A stretch of DNA of 57,910 nt from Saprolegnia diclina VS20 (GCF_000281045.1 NW_008246162.1:42187-100096), one strand, 5' to 3'. Counted from the stretch's first letter, positions 9,879-22,352 are shown. The notes: generated by a model from the letters alone, not told the origin. Translations and numbers: made by a program.

Positions 9879-10091
9879 AGCACTATTCTTCGCTGGGCCG
9901 GACGTCGGGTATTCAGCTCCGCTCTTTCTGGGATCTCAGGATCAGCCCACGCATGACTTTGCCTGTCAGCCGCTAGCGCACTTAGTCGGACCGTACCTAG
10001 CCATCTTGTGAGGGTCGTACTTGTTTGGAAGGCCGAACTTGTGCGGGATGGTTTGGTTGGGCGACGTGGTTTCTCATTCGCCTTTTCGAAG

Positions 10092-10355
10092 ATGGCCTTC
10101 CTCGACGGTCTCCTGACGCGCGCTAGCAAGTTCGGCAAGAGCCACGGCCTTCGCCCGCTCACGTCCAAGCGCGCCAACCGTCGGTTCTACAAGGGTAAGG
10201 GCTGCCGCAACGAAGGCGTCCACGCCAAGCTCGGCGGCTATCGCATGGACCTCACCAAGATGCTCGAGCTCGAAGTGCCGGACCTCACGGGCTTCAAGCT
10301 CAAGCCGTACGTCTCGCCGCTTGTCTCGCGCGTGCCTCCGTCGGCGTCGTCGTAA
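10092..10355 (+). CDS. MRPL41: Mitochondrial ribosomal protein mL41 (yeast Mrpl27 family)
   Basis: LTSKRANRRFYKGKGCRNEG...VPDLTGFKLKPYVS signature. Confidence 0.92.
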   Translation: MAFLDGLLTRASKFGKSHGLRPLTSKRANRRFYKGKGCRNEGVHAKLGGYRMDLTKMLELEVPDLTGFKLKPYVSPLVSRVPPSASS

Positions 10356-10893
10356 GTCGAAATGAAGCCTAGTATATAGAGAAACCTTGAAAAGACCGTG
10401 AGTAAGGCCCCAAATCCACTGGTGCTTCTCGCGTCTCCTGCCTGGCACTGATCCTGGTCACGTCGTCATACGCAATTCGATTCGACTAGACTACGCTGCA
10501 TATTGTATTGTCGGGTCGTCGATTGCCACTACGGTCATGCCTTGATGCTGTCGAATGATCATCGTTCAACACCTAGATTCTGAAAGGACGGGTACGGTTC
10601 CTGCGACTTGTCAGAGACTCGACGTTGGGGCATCCTCTTTGGATAACATGTAGAGCATCTTCACCGCGGCCCAGGTAGAGCGAAGTAAAATGCGTGCACA
10701 GGCTGGGTCCAACCTAATAACAGTTTGCACAGCCCAAACCACAGGACGAGCAAGCACTGTCGAGCGCGATCTACGTCATGTTCATTCGCCCATCTGCCTT
10801 AAACAAGATGAGGCTGCAGTCGCTGTCAACGGAGCACATATATCGAATCCAATTACTCATAATAATTGGCTATCATCTTCTCGTCGCTTCTCC

Positions 10894-12947
10894 TTACTGG
10901 ATGGCACAGCCGCACTTTTGGCCGTGCTTGAGCTGCTCAACCTCGCCAGCCGCCATGCTCAGCTCCAAGTCAGTGCGTTCCTTTTCCTTCATGAGGCGTT
11001 CGTACTCCTTGCGGATCTTTTCGAGCTCGAGCTCCTTCTCGTCCTTGTGGCCGCGGATCGTGTCGAGCTGGAGCGCAATCTGCTCCTTCTCGACGTCAAT
11101 TTCGTGCTTCCCCTTGGCTTCCTGCGCAAGCTTGGCCTTGAGCTGCGAGATCGTCTGCTGCTGGGCTTCGACCTCAGCCGTGTACTTGGCGCGTTCCGAC
11201 ATGACCTCGGACGTCTCGTGCTGCAGCGCTTCGATCTGCTGCTTGTACACTTGCTCACGACCGCCGATGGCACCAAGCGTTTCCTTGACGGCCGCGGCTT
11301 CCGCCTCGAGGGACCGGATCTTCTTCTCAAATTTGTCTTCCTGGCGCGAAAGAAGGAGGCGCATCGCGTCCGCGTGCTTGGTCTCGGAGAACGCGAGGAG
11401 GCAGTCGAGCTTGGCGCCGCCCTTGGCCTGCTCAAGGTAGCGCTCGCGGAACTTGACCCACTCGCGCGCAAAGTCTTGCATGTCCTCGTACGAGTTTTTC
11501 TCGTCCGAGAAACGCGGCTGGATGAGCTCTGAGAAGAGCGTCTGAAGCAGCCGGTCGCATGTGTCCTTGGAGACCGCGCGGTTCTGCTTGCGCACGTTGG
11601 CCTTCTCCTCCTCGATCTTTTCCATGAGCTCGGCCTCAAACTTGGTCGTTGCGTCGCCCATCGCTTGCCGACGGTACTGCGAGACAGCGCTCGCTTCGGC
11701 GTCCTTGAGTGCCTTGGAGAGGTCGTCCGGGTCCAGCGGCATCTCGAGGAGGCTCAAGCTCACGCGGAAGGCCTCAGTCGCGGCCTTCATGGCCTTCTTG
11801 CACTCGGTGGCCGTGACGCCATCCCACGCCGACGAGATCGTGGGCACACTCCCGTTGTTGATTGCGTCTACGTACGCGACGAGAAGCCCCGCAAACATGG
11901 AGCCGTTGAGCGGCTTGTTGTTGAGCATCTTGGGAGAGAGATTGTTGAAGATCGAGGCCTTGACCTTGGCGAGCTGCTCCTGGAACTCAGGGCGCAGGTC
12001 CGTGATCGGGATCTTGTCAACCTGCTGCAGCTGGTTCTCGTCGTACACCGGTCGCACCATTGTATGGCACTCGCGGTCCTTGAAGAACGACGTCATCATG
12101 TGACGCACGCGGTTGCGCTCCATGACGGCTTGCGTCAAGCCCGGCTGCGGCGCCAGCGCACGCTCCAGGTACTCGTTGGGCGTGATCGGGTCGCCGTCTT
12201 CGTCCACGAGTTCGAGCGTAAAGTCGCGCACGACCCACGTAAACGACGGGAAAAAATTGGAAAACTCCTCGCCCGCAGCGTCGGCGTCCTATGCACCGAG
12301 CACCATAAGCCTAATTGTCCGGTGAAACGAAGCCATTTTACGTCGCCAGATGCGTCCGCGCGGATGCGAATGTGCTTGGTCATGTTGGCAATGAACGAAA
12401 GCCCGTTCACAGCCTTCTCATCGACGCTACCTTGGCTACAGTCGACATCGCGTGAGGCTATGCTCATGAGATAGACGGGCACGAACCTGTTGTAGATGAG
12501 CTTCGAACAGAGAAGGGTCGCGAGCGAGAAGATGCGGACATCGTACTGCGCCGACGCTTCCAAGCCGCCGAGACCTTCCGTGTCAAGCATGAGCACGTAG
12601 CAGGGCTCGCCGTTGGGCAAGATGTGCTTCTGCGGCCGGCCCCAGAGCCAGATGCCACGCGTGCAGCGCTCGACAGTCGGGCCAACGCGAAAGCCGCTCT
12701 GGTTGCCAAGCAGCCAGTTGAGCATCGACGACTTGCCCGTGCGGTAGAGCCCGGCCATGGCGACGACCGAGATTTTGCCCTCAATCTTTTGCAGGATCTC
12801 CATGGCCTGCTCGTTGACCTGGAGCCGATCTTCCTTCTCATCAAAGTGGAGAAGCGCGATGGGCTCATCCGGGAACTGCGTCAGCGCCAAGGCCGTCTCC
12901 TCGCTGCCACTGCTGCTGCGCCGGCGGTTCGCACTCTTCTTGCCCAT
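10894..12947 (-). CDS. GBP: Guanylate-binding protein (GBP/atlastin family large GTPase) with C-terminal coiled coil and CaaX; multi-exon
   Basis: P-loop GLYRTGKS, CTRGIW, LDTEG, and WVVRDF (RD motif). Long coiled coil; ends KCGCAIQ*. Confidence 0.93.
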
Positions 12948-13544
12948 GCTGGTTTCAGTCACTACAATCGGAAATGGTGAGACCCGTCATTTGCATTAAA
13001 TTTTACGTGGCGACGACGGCATACAAGAACAGTGATATTATAATTGTTGGATTCGGCGGGAGATGAAGTATATATAAATCAAGTCTAAAGTGATCGGATT
13101 GTAAGACCATTAGAACATCCAGACCACGTCGTCCATGAACCCCTTCACTTTGAGCTTGTTTGTTCCTGCGCCTCCTGTGTACTAGTCGGTCTCTCGCGGC
13201 GCCTGCATTGCGTACTAGTATACTATTTCCTAGTTCGCGTGAACGTGGTGGTTGCAAAATGGGACAAGAGATTATACGCATTTGTCGAAGCGGATGCTCG
13301 ATATCAGTTATCTTCAACACCACAAGATAGCACCAAAAACTGTAAGCATCCGCGATCGCAGCCAGAGCCATCCCGCGACGGTCATGCATAGCGAGCTCGC
13401 AGCGCGTGATGGACCGCTGAGACTGCGATCCTTGGATGGCTCATTGGTCGAAAGGTGAATGACTGTGGCCAATCCAAGGCCGCGAACACCCCAAAAAGAT
13501 ATTTTGGGCATCCCAGTTGAAATTTGCCGCGCTGTACAGTCGAC

Positions 13545-13874
13545 ATGGCGGCCCAGCGACGATGGAAAGAGCCTCGCGCGACGACAATGCTCGGACTGCA
13601 GGAAGATGCCGACACTATGGAGGAAGATAGACCCGGCTCTGTGGACGAGCGTGCTGAAGCGTCTCCTTGTCCTGCCTCATCCAGCGTCATCGCCATGGAA
13701 GAAATATGGCAGCAATGGACACTGAAGAAGAGCCACGAATATACTCCCATTGACGATGACAACAAGGAGAACATTGCTCCAGCGTCGATGCATGACTGGC
13801 TCCATGACACGTCTCGACCTCGGCTCAAGAAGGCCCGTCGCATCCCGCTCCTCGACATCACACACATCTCGTAG
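13545..13874 (+). CDS. Small disordered protein with KEN-box and D-box motifs; 3' end uncertain
   Basis: DNKENIAP and RRIPLLDIT in an ORF of about 109 aa. Confidence 0.55.
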   Translation: MAAQRRWKEPRATTMLGLQEDADTMEEDRPGSVDERAEASPCPASSSVIAMEEIWQQWTLKKSHEYTPIDDDNKENIAPASMHDWLHDTSRPRLKKARRIPLLDITHIS

Positions 13875-14375
13875 CTTCGACAATATCAGTGCGTCCGAAC
13901 TCGTAACGTCTAGTGCCCATGGATTCACTTGTCGACAGATTGCGCCCACAGTACTAAGCCCACCATAGGCCCATAGAGCAATGACGAGACTACTTCCTAC
14001 ATGAACCATTCTCGCGTCACGTTAGGGTCCATTGAAGACGCCTGTATTTGAATTCGCCCTCTTACGGGCTCTATTGTGCAACACCTCTCAGCCTTGTCCG
14101 TCACGTTGCTGCCATGTACGCTGCTCCATGCGGCCGTGCACGGGGCAGGATCTTTGGTGCTGTTACGGTGACCATCATTCTCGCCGAGAACGTTCTCCCT
14201 ATGTCTACCGTCCTGTGTGTCGAGATGGGAGTAAGGGAGTTGCTGTTACCCGCCCACAACAATCCCCATCGACAGAGAGAAGCCCGTCGGCCCATCGTCG
14301 AGCTTCGCCCTACTTGCAGCAACCATAGCCGCCGATCTCTCCCTCACACGCTGGTGGCAATCGTGGACGGCGCGC

Positions 14376-15679
14376 ATGAGTCAGTTTGCGCACGGAATCC
14401 GGTACTTTGATGCGACATCGCTCGCAGAGACGGCGACGCCACTGACGCCGATGGCCACGCACGTCCTCGGCGTGCCGCACGCGACCGCCGCCTCGCTCGT
14501 CGCCCACCTCCAGTCGATCATCTGGCTCACGTATCGGCGCGACTTTGTGCAGATGGTGCCGTACGAGTTTACGAGCGACGCGGGCTGGGGCTGCATGCTG
14601 CGGACGGCGCAGATGATGCTCTGTGAGGCGCTCCTGCGGAACCTTCCGCGCCATCGCGAGGCTCGTTTCATGTGGTCCGACACGCAACCGCTCGCACCCG
14701 ACGTTGTGCACGTGCTCCAGTCGTTTGTGGATGCGCCAACGGCCGACTGCGCGTTCGCGATCCATCACATGGTGGCTGTTGGCATGAAGTACGACATGCT
14801 TCCCGGCGAATGGTACGGCCCGACGACAGCGGCCCAGGTACTGCGAGACCTCGTGAATGCACCGATCAACAGCAACAACTGCAACATGTGCATGTACGTG
14901 CCGCAAGACGGTGTTATCTACACGGAGGAAATCAACAAGCTCTGCGTGACGGCATGGGCGCAGCCCGTCATTGCGACGGCCACCGACGTACTCTATGACC
15001 CACTTCTAAACCCACCAACGATTGACACATCGGCTGCGTGGTCCAAGTCGGTGTTCATTCTGGTGCCATTGCGTCTTGGCCTCGACAAGCTCAACGAGAC
15101 GTACATCCCAGGTAAACGGATGGCGACAAATCTTGTGTCTAACGTGTTTGCAGCGCTCACTGAGGTGTTTGAGCTGCCGCAGTCTCTCGGCATCATTGGC
15201 GGAAAGCGCGGCCACTCGGTCTACTTCGTCGGCGCTCGAGGTACACACTTCTTCGCTTTGCAGACGAAAGAAACGGTGCGTAGGTCATCAATTCCACATT
15301 TTGGACCCCCACACGGTGCACCCGACGACAGAAGTTGATGCTTCGTTCCCGACTGCGGTAGTATATCGCTCGTACGCCCTCTTGTTGAATCATAACCTCG
15401 TAGACGCACGCTCGAACGGTGCACTCGACAGATCATTTGGTCATGGAAGTCGACTACATTGATCCATCGCTTGCAGTCGGCTTCTACTGCCGTGACCGCG
15501 CCGACTACGTGGACTTGTGCCGCCGGCTCGCCGCCATGGCCCGTGGCAAGACGTGTCCTATCACAGTGGCGGATGCCAAGCCTGACTACACGAACGATGT
15601 CGAGTTGCATTCCGTCTCGGGCGAGTCCACAGGTGGCGACAATGACCTGAGCGATGAAGACGACTACGTGCTCATTTGA
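14376..15679 (+). CDS. ATG4: Autophagy cysteine protease ATG4 (peptidase C54); multi-exon, start uncertain
   Basis: WLTYRRDF, TSDAGWGCMLR (catalytic Cys), GEWYGP, LVPLRLG, GIIGGK, LDPH, IDPSLAVGFYC, and C-terminal LIR-like EDDYVLI*. Confidence 0.95.
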
Positions 15680-16251
15680 GTTGGCAGCCGACGATTGCGC
15701 TAACGTCGACACTGCATTCCTTCCTTCTTCAATATACATGCCGGTGCTGCTAATGCTATGGATGCGTACCATCTATGCGGCGCTCGTAGTTGCGATCGAA
15801 GAACGCGGCTGGCTCCATGCAAATCCACGTTTCTGTGAATCTCGCAACTGACGCTACAGTGGAATCATGGCGTCGGCGGCGACGAACCATCGTGCGCGGA
15901 AGGAGTGGCGACGACCATGGACTCGCCGATGATCGTCACAGCATCCGGGTGACGGAGCCGACAGCACCATCAACTCGGATTCGGACTGATTCAGTGGCCT
16001 TGCTCGCCAAGACATGTCGCACACGCTCGACACTTGATCTTCCGGTTTCCGCTCCAAACGATTGGCCAAAAGTTAATTGTTGGCTGCGCTTATTGGTGGA
16101 AATCCGCCTCTAAGATCCAACCTTTTTCCGGCCGGATATGAACCAATCAAAGGCCGAATAAAATTCATGGAAACACCGAATCAAGAGACGTATTTATTGC
16201 TGCTTTTCGCAACGCAGGAACCCGACGGACAAGGCCCGGCCCAGCGAGTCC

Positions 16252-16737
16252 ATGTCCCATTCCAGCCCGACGCCCGAGGTGACGACGACGAAAATGATGA
16301 CCACGCGCGGTACGAAGCGATCTCGATCCCATGAAGACGCGCGCAGCGAATCAAAGGTGAGCCCGCGCGCCAAGCCCCACACATACGACATGCGCCCGGC
16401 TGCTGGCGCCGATGCGATCGTGCTCAACCCGAGCCTCATGACCGAGCGGCAGCAGCTCGCATTCCTTCTTCGAAAGACTGCGCCGGCCAAATCGCCGGCC
16501 GACAGCGATTCCCACGCAACCGATGACACGGGCTTGAAGCGCAAGCCGTCGCCCGTGCACAAGGACGGCGAGATTACGACGACACGAAAGAGCCGCCCCG
16601 TGAAGAAAGCGCCCGCGGCCGTCGAGATTCTCTGCTGCGTTTGCTCCAAGTACACTTGCACGACAGCGCTCTTCATTTGCGACCACTGCGACAAGAAATA
16701 CCCGACACAGAAAAAGCTCGGGCTTATTTCGGTATGA
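16252..16737 (+). CDS. Hypothetical basic protein with C-terminal Cys cluster (possible zinc finger); 3' exons unresolved
   Basis: 161-aa ORF with coding-like composition, LMTERQQLAFLLRKT, and CCVC...CDHC. Candidate donor GTATGA at the ORF end. Confidence 0.5.
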   Translation: MSHSSPTPEVTTTKMMTTRGTKRSRSHEDARSESKVSPRAKPHTYDMRPAAGADAIVLNPSLMTERQQLAFLLRKTAPAKSPADSDSHATDDTGLKRKPSPVHKDGEITTTRKSRPVKKAPAAVEILCCVCSKYTCTTALFICDHCDKKYPTQKKLGLISV

Positions 16738-17235
16738 CTGCAACGCAGACGCTGTCATGAACATCACCACCATCATCTACCAACCACGTCCTCCTCAATA
16801 CATCGTGTATCTCATCCTCGTCCGAGGCCGCCGTAGTCGTCATTCTCGATCGATTAGTCGTTATTTAGTACATCCTCCTCCTCTTTGCGTCCATGGTCGA
16901 CCACCGCAGGTCTTGCGCCAGCGCCGCCGATAAGACGACGCAATCATTCGGCTCTGGCTCTTCGATCCGTCTCACCTTGAAGTTCATGGCTAAGGGCGGG
17001 GCGCCCAACGCATGCCGCCCGACCAGGACATACCCGCAGCGAACGACGGAAGCGGCCACCACTATTAGCGCTACCCTCCCGCGTCGCAACAAAGCGCGGC
17101 TGTCGTCGCTCACCGGGCGTCGGTCGGTCGCGACACCGCGTCGCAGAGCTTCGAAATTTTCCGTTGGCCTTTTTTCGAACCCAAGAAAGACGTTATCCGG
17201 AAGATACGCTTTCCGGTGGGTGGGCAGTCGCCGTC

Positions 17236-18834
17236 ATGCCCCGCATCACGCTCGAGCTCCTTCGGAAGCGCGCCGAGCACAATGAGGGCGTTGTCGCGAC
17301 GCTTGAAGAGATCTCGTTGCACCAAGAAGAGATCGAGAAGATCGAGGTCATTGGCACGCTCTGCAAGAAGCTGCGCATCCTGTACCTCCAGAACAACATC
17401 ATCGAGCGGATCGAAGACCTTTCGCACATGAAGGACCTGCGCTACCTCAACCTCGCGCTCAACAACGTCAAGCGCATCGAAGGTCTGCGGTACGCCGCCG
17501 CTGATTTCAGGCGTAATCGCGATGTGGCATAGTAACTGCGAGTTTCTCGAGAAGCTCGACTTGACCGTCAACTTCATCGATGTCGACGCGCTGGCCGAGA
17601 GCATCGTACGGTCGCGATCAACATGTGATTATGAACTACAAGCGACGTATAGAACCATCTCAAACCGCTCGAGCATCTCCGCGAACTGTACATGCTCGGA
17701 AACCCAGCGCAGTCCGACTGGCCGGGCTTTGCCGCCTACATTACTGCATCGCTGCCACGCCTGCAGATGCTCGACGGCAAGGAAATCACAAAGAGTGACC
17801 GTATCAAGGCCTTGCAGCAGCTACCCACGCTACGCGTACGATTACTTCTCACTATAAACAGTATGCTTAGCAAGTACATTGTAGGCCGAGCTGGCTCATC
17901 TCGTAGCAGCCAAGAAGGCTCGGACCCTTGCCGAGATGGACGTTATCGAGGTCGTGAGCGGTGGCTTCACGGATATCTCCTCGAATCAAGTCACGCACAT
18001 CGAGCACGACGAGAAGGTTCCTTACACGCCCGAGACGCGCCGCAGTACGCTTGCGTTTGGTTAGCGAGGCGACGCCTTTGCTTGTGTCTTAGGTATGTAC
18101 ATGGAACTGGCCGAGCAAAAGGAAGAAGAAGAAACCCGGAAGCGCGCAAACCAGCCGCGCGACCGAGACCCTGAGGCTGAGCATACGGCGGCCCTTGAGA
18201 AGACGCGGCGGCTCGATCAAAATGGTGTCATCCGCCAGTGCAACGAAGGCAAGGTACGTTGCGTCGTTGGATCCGTGTGCTGCACCGTCATCCGTAGTGG
18301 AAATTCCACCTTGACGACGAGACAAAGCCCGGCTACGTTGTACTCGAGGTCTTCGTGCCCAAGTACCTGGATTCATCCCTCATACACGTCGATGTGCACC
18401 CGATGCACGTTTCGATCACGATCAAAAACAAGCTTCTACGCCTCCGATTCCCCGAGGAGGTGAGCGACTTCGTCGTCACTTAAGGAATAACCATGAGGCG
18501 GCAGGTCAAGTGCGACCAAGGCTCAGCGCTGCGGTCTAAGACAACGGGCGCGCTGCAGTTAACTGTCGAGAAAGTCGACCCGCGCAGTGTGCAGCGAGCA
18601 CTGCGCGCAAAGGCGCACCGCGAACAAGCTAGTTGCGACCACGACGAAGAGCCAAACGCGCCGGCACCGAAGTCACTCCAAGCCCAATTGTTGCGGTCGG
18701 CCGTCCAGATTCGAGGTCTCGTAGCGCGCCCCGAAGCTGCGGAGGAGGCTGTGGCTCGGAAAATCCACGCCCAGTCGTCTCGATCTCTAAGCGCTGCGAC
18801 GAACGACGTCGATGCGCCCCCACTCCTCTTTTAG
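17236..18834 (+). CDS. DNAAF11: Dynein axonemal assembly factor 11 (LRRC6/TilB); multi-exon
   Basis: MPRITLELLRKRAEHNEG..LEEISLHQEEIEKIE..CKKLRILYLQNNII, CEFLEKLDLTVNFI, IRQCNEGK, and a CS-like PKYLDSSLIHVDVHP region. Confidence 0.93.
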
Positions 18835-19545
18835 TTGACAACCATACCACTGCAAAGTACTCGATGATCTCCGTAAGCGCTTGAACAGAACGCATTGTCC
18901 AGTCAAGACTTGAAATGATTGCTTTGCCGAGGCGGCTGACTTTGAGTCTGTCGTGGCCGCGCAATGCAATATCTTTTCGACTCAGTCAGTGCCCCTAGCT
19001 TGCGCCTTGGCGTCGCAACCTGCCTATCCATTCACGAATCAGGTTGCCCATCCAGCCACAAAGCCGCGGTTCTGTGGTCCTGCTGTGACTCGCTTGGGCT
19101 TGATTGGCAGGAGTGAGGTTTTGGGAACATTCAAATGCGCTTGAAATTGACATTGCTTCCTCAGTAGCTCGCACTGGGACTGATAGCTCGTGTCTGACGA
19201 CGCCGACGTGCTAGGTTCCTTCGTGGACGATTACTACAGTAGTATTCACACGACGCAAAAGCCCGGTGTTGTCGCATCAGAACCCGAGGTTTGTGCGACC
19301 GAACGAAATATGTTTTCGCAACCACACTTGGATACAGGCCAAACAAACGGCAGTAGCGCTGTTATCGGCGCCCAGCCGGTCCGTCGTTTGCTGATATGAC
19401 TCTAGACACAAGCAATCGCCTCATTTGACGACGCAGTTGCGACGGATTGTCTCGTTCCACGCAATTTCACGCCACCCAGCATGGTGCACGAACGAGTTAC
19501 TCGCGCTGCTCTCCTGCTCTTCACTGTCGAGCGGTCGTTGCACTG

Positions 19546-19679
19546 CAGGCTCCTCACACCCTGGTGGTGCAACACGAAGGTCCGTAATCGACTTCTCCGT
19601 CGGTGTGCTCGTCGCGGTCGCCTTGTAGATGTAAAAACAGGCTCCTCACACCCTGGTGGCGCAACACGAAGGTCCGTAA
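19546..19679 (+). repeat. Two-copy 42-bp direct repeat (19546-19587 and 19638-19679)
   Basis: caggctcctcacaccctggtgg(t/c)gcaacacgaaggtccgtaa occurs twice, with one mismatch and a 92-nt period. Confidence 0.95.
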
Positions 19680-19989
19680 CACTCTGCTGACAAACGATGC
19701 TCGTCCAACTCTCGGTGCGACGGTAGACACAGTGCAGGCAAGTTTCTCTACGGCAACGCACGACCAAGCCAAGTCGTTCGAACGTCGTTTTGCCTGCGTC
19801 TCGATTGCACTTCGCGCTGCATCTGAGAACGCACCGTCAATAATCAACAGACTGCATCGCAGTGCAGAGGTGAGTCACACAATGCGTGACCTATCCGTGT
19901 CAAAGCAAACCTTCTGCTGGCTCTTCATGTATTACCACGCGCTTCTGGAACGATAAATAACCTGGATTCCCTGGCGTCGACGAGTGAAC

Positions 19990-20874
19990 TTAGCTGCAGT
20001 ACTCTGAGGGGGAATACCGGCTGCGCGAGTCGTCGTCGTCGCTACCGTCAGCAAGCTCCTCGAGGAGCGCATCAAGCTCTTTCATGGAGATCTTGCCCAT
20101 GACGGCAAGAATGACGTCCCAGCCCACTTCATTGTCGTTGAGGCCGGGCATTTTGGCGCGCAGCGCCTGCAGGTGTGCGCGGGTGCTTGCAATAGTCGCT
20201 GCGTTCGTCACGCTCGGCACATACGTCGCAGCCTCCATGCCCGTCGCACGGACGTAGGGGCTAATCGCGCAGTGGCTGTGCGTCGGGAGCTCCGTGTAGA
20301 GCACCGAGAGAAGCGGTGTCCCACGCGGATACTGAAGCGCGCCATCGACAAACGCTTGAGCGACTGCGTGTACGAACGCAGCTTCATCTGGCGAACTCCA
20401 CTGCGGCGCAGACGTCAAGACGGGCGCTGGCATACGGAGGCGTCTTAAGAGAGGCTGCAAAGACCGCCATGTTGCGGGATCCACGCGGGTCGCGCCGCTC
20501 TGCGGGGACGCCGCGACGTTGAACTTGGTCAGCAGCGGCTGCCACAGGCGTTTGCGGGCGTTAATGAACCAGTTTTTGACCTGCGACGGCGTGAGCTGCG
20601 CGGCTCGGGCAAGTGCCTCGCGTTCGCTGGGCGTCGGATACGGGTGCAAAAAGTGTGCGTCCGAGAACATCCACGCGCGGAGGACCATCGTCGATTCCTT
20701 CTCAAGCGCCTTCGTCATGGAACGGTCTGGTGTGAAAATGAAGCCGATGGCACTTACATAGCAGTGCACCTTCGTTGGCGTAGAAAGGACACGCAGCGCA
20801 GATGGCGGCGTCCCACGCCCCGCATTTGAGTCCGGAGGCGGTGCCGTCGCTGGGCGCGAATGATTACTTGACAT
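19990..20874 (-). CDS. TALE-class homeobox transcription factor
   Basis: LRAWMFSDAHFLHPYPTPSEREALARAAQLTPSQVKNWFINARKRLWQP: the PYP three-residue loop extension and WFINARKR helix 3. Confidence 0.9.
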   Translation of the reverse strand: MSSNHSRPATAPPPDSNAGRGTPPSALRVLSTPTKVHCYVSAIGFIFTPDRSMTKALEKESTMVLRAWMFSDAHFLHPYPTPSEREALARAAQLTPSQVKNWFINARKRLWQPLLTKFNVAASPQSGATRVDPATWRSLQPLLRRLRMPAPVLTSAPQWSSPDEAAFVHAVAQAFVDGALQYPRGTPLLSVLYTELPTHSHCAISPYVRATGMEAATYVPSVTNAATIASTRAHLQALRAKMPGLNDNEVGWDVILAVMGKISMKELDALLEELADGSDDDDSRSRYSPSEYCS

Positions 20875-21872
20875 CAGAAGCCTCCTGGACGTTGACGCTA
20901 GCGAATGACAATGCGAAGTGGCCGTAGTGCTACGAAGACAGCGAAGACTGGAGTGTTCGGCCTGTCGACGCAGCTACCATCATGGTCCACGTCCACCTGG
21001 ACCTTGAATTGACAATGGTGATCACGTGCGCGTGTTGCTGGACATGATGGCGTCTACTGCGTGGAACCACGTGTCAAAAGACGTAATCATCTGCTGCCTA
21101 TTGTTCCTCGGCCCCACGCTGTGCTCACTCGTGCACTTCGCGCGAGGTGGTGAATATCTTCGGGCCATTATAGCAAGCAAGTCCACCGTCATCCTTGCAG
21201 TGCTCGTTGTCGCCGGGTTGGTACACAGACAGAGCATCGTCTTGAATCAGACAAAAGTTGGGTACCGTGCACATCAAGCCTTTGCTGAACGTTGGCTCTT
21301 TTGAGAGCGGATGTGGGTGAACCAACCGTTTTGAGCACCAAGTCTGGTCGAACCTTAACCAGTGCCAAGTTGGCTCATGCCATTGCACGAGCTGAAAGGT
21401 GCACAAAAAACAGGGTAGTATTACCACCAACGACGTGACACTCGTATCGAATGTTACTCGATTTTAATGGGTGGCGTTGCGCGACGAGGCGTTCGTTGGA
21501 GCAGTTAGGTTCGGGTGTGCTTTGTTAGCGCACCATATTACCACATCTGTCGATCAATATTTCTTGCGTCGAGCCGGCAACAAGTAGAATTTTCAGGGGT
21601 TGTTCGCGGGAAGACACCAGTCGTATCGGCCACGAGTCAACAGAAGAGAGCGGTGAATGTCGTGCGCCACAAGGTAGCGTCTTTACAATATACTCCCTTC
21701 GTGCCACTGGTCCTACTACTTATCACTATCGTCTCTGAGTGCTACAGCCGTCAAGGATCGCACTTGAGTACTGTGGTATTATTACTCGACAACTACAGTG
21801 TAGCGCGCTGCACCTACCGCAGTCTTCATTTCCAACTTGTGACTATGTTGGGTTGAACTGACTATTTTTGCA

Positions 21873-21982
21873 CAGGTTGCATTTCCCACATCGGTTTCAT
21901 ATTAAAATTTAAAATGAAACCGATGTGGGAAATGCTTTCATATTAAAATTTAATATGAAACCGATGTGGGAAATGCAACCTG
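21873..21982. mobile_element. MITE-like element with 35-bp perfect inverted repeats and an internal 41-bp tandem duplication
   Basis: acaggttgcatttcccacatcggtttcatattaaa (21872-21906) is the exact reverse complement of 21949-21983. CAG...CTG termini, with TA on the right flank and CA on the left. Confidence 0.65.
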
Positions 21983-22202
21983 TACTCAATATTGGGTTTC
22001 ACACCCAAGCTTGGTGCTTTCACAATTTGCGGCAACCACTAACACGGGTGCAGCATTCGGGGATGCTGCGGCAAATTGGGCCCTGTAATAAAGGCTGAAT
22101 GCAATAACCATCGGCAGAGCGAGCTGGAACGACGTGTACCGGTACACAGCAGTCTGCGTAATCTATGTCTCGCACGACAAGTTGCGAGAGGGCGTGCAAT
22201 AT

Positions 22203-22352
22203 NNNNNNNNNNNNNNNNNNNNNNNNNNNNNNNNNNNNNNNNNNNNNNNNNNNNNNNNNNNNNNNNNNNNNNNNNNNNNNNNNNNNNNNNNNNNNNNNNN
22301 NNNNNNNNNNNNNNNNNNNNNNNNNNNNNNNNNNNNNNNNNNNNNNNNNNNN
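22203..22352. other. Assembly gap (run of N)
   Basis: About 150 N characters. Confidence 0.99.

Noticed and set aside
10690..12474. Long plus-strand ORFs antisense to GBP
   Set aside because: Shadow ORFs caused by GC-rich codon bias; no recognisable motifs.
19546..19679. CRISPR-like repeat-spacer-repeat
   Set aside because: Only two units, eukaryotic context and no cas genes.
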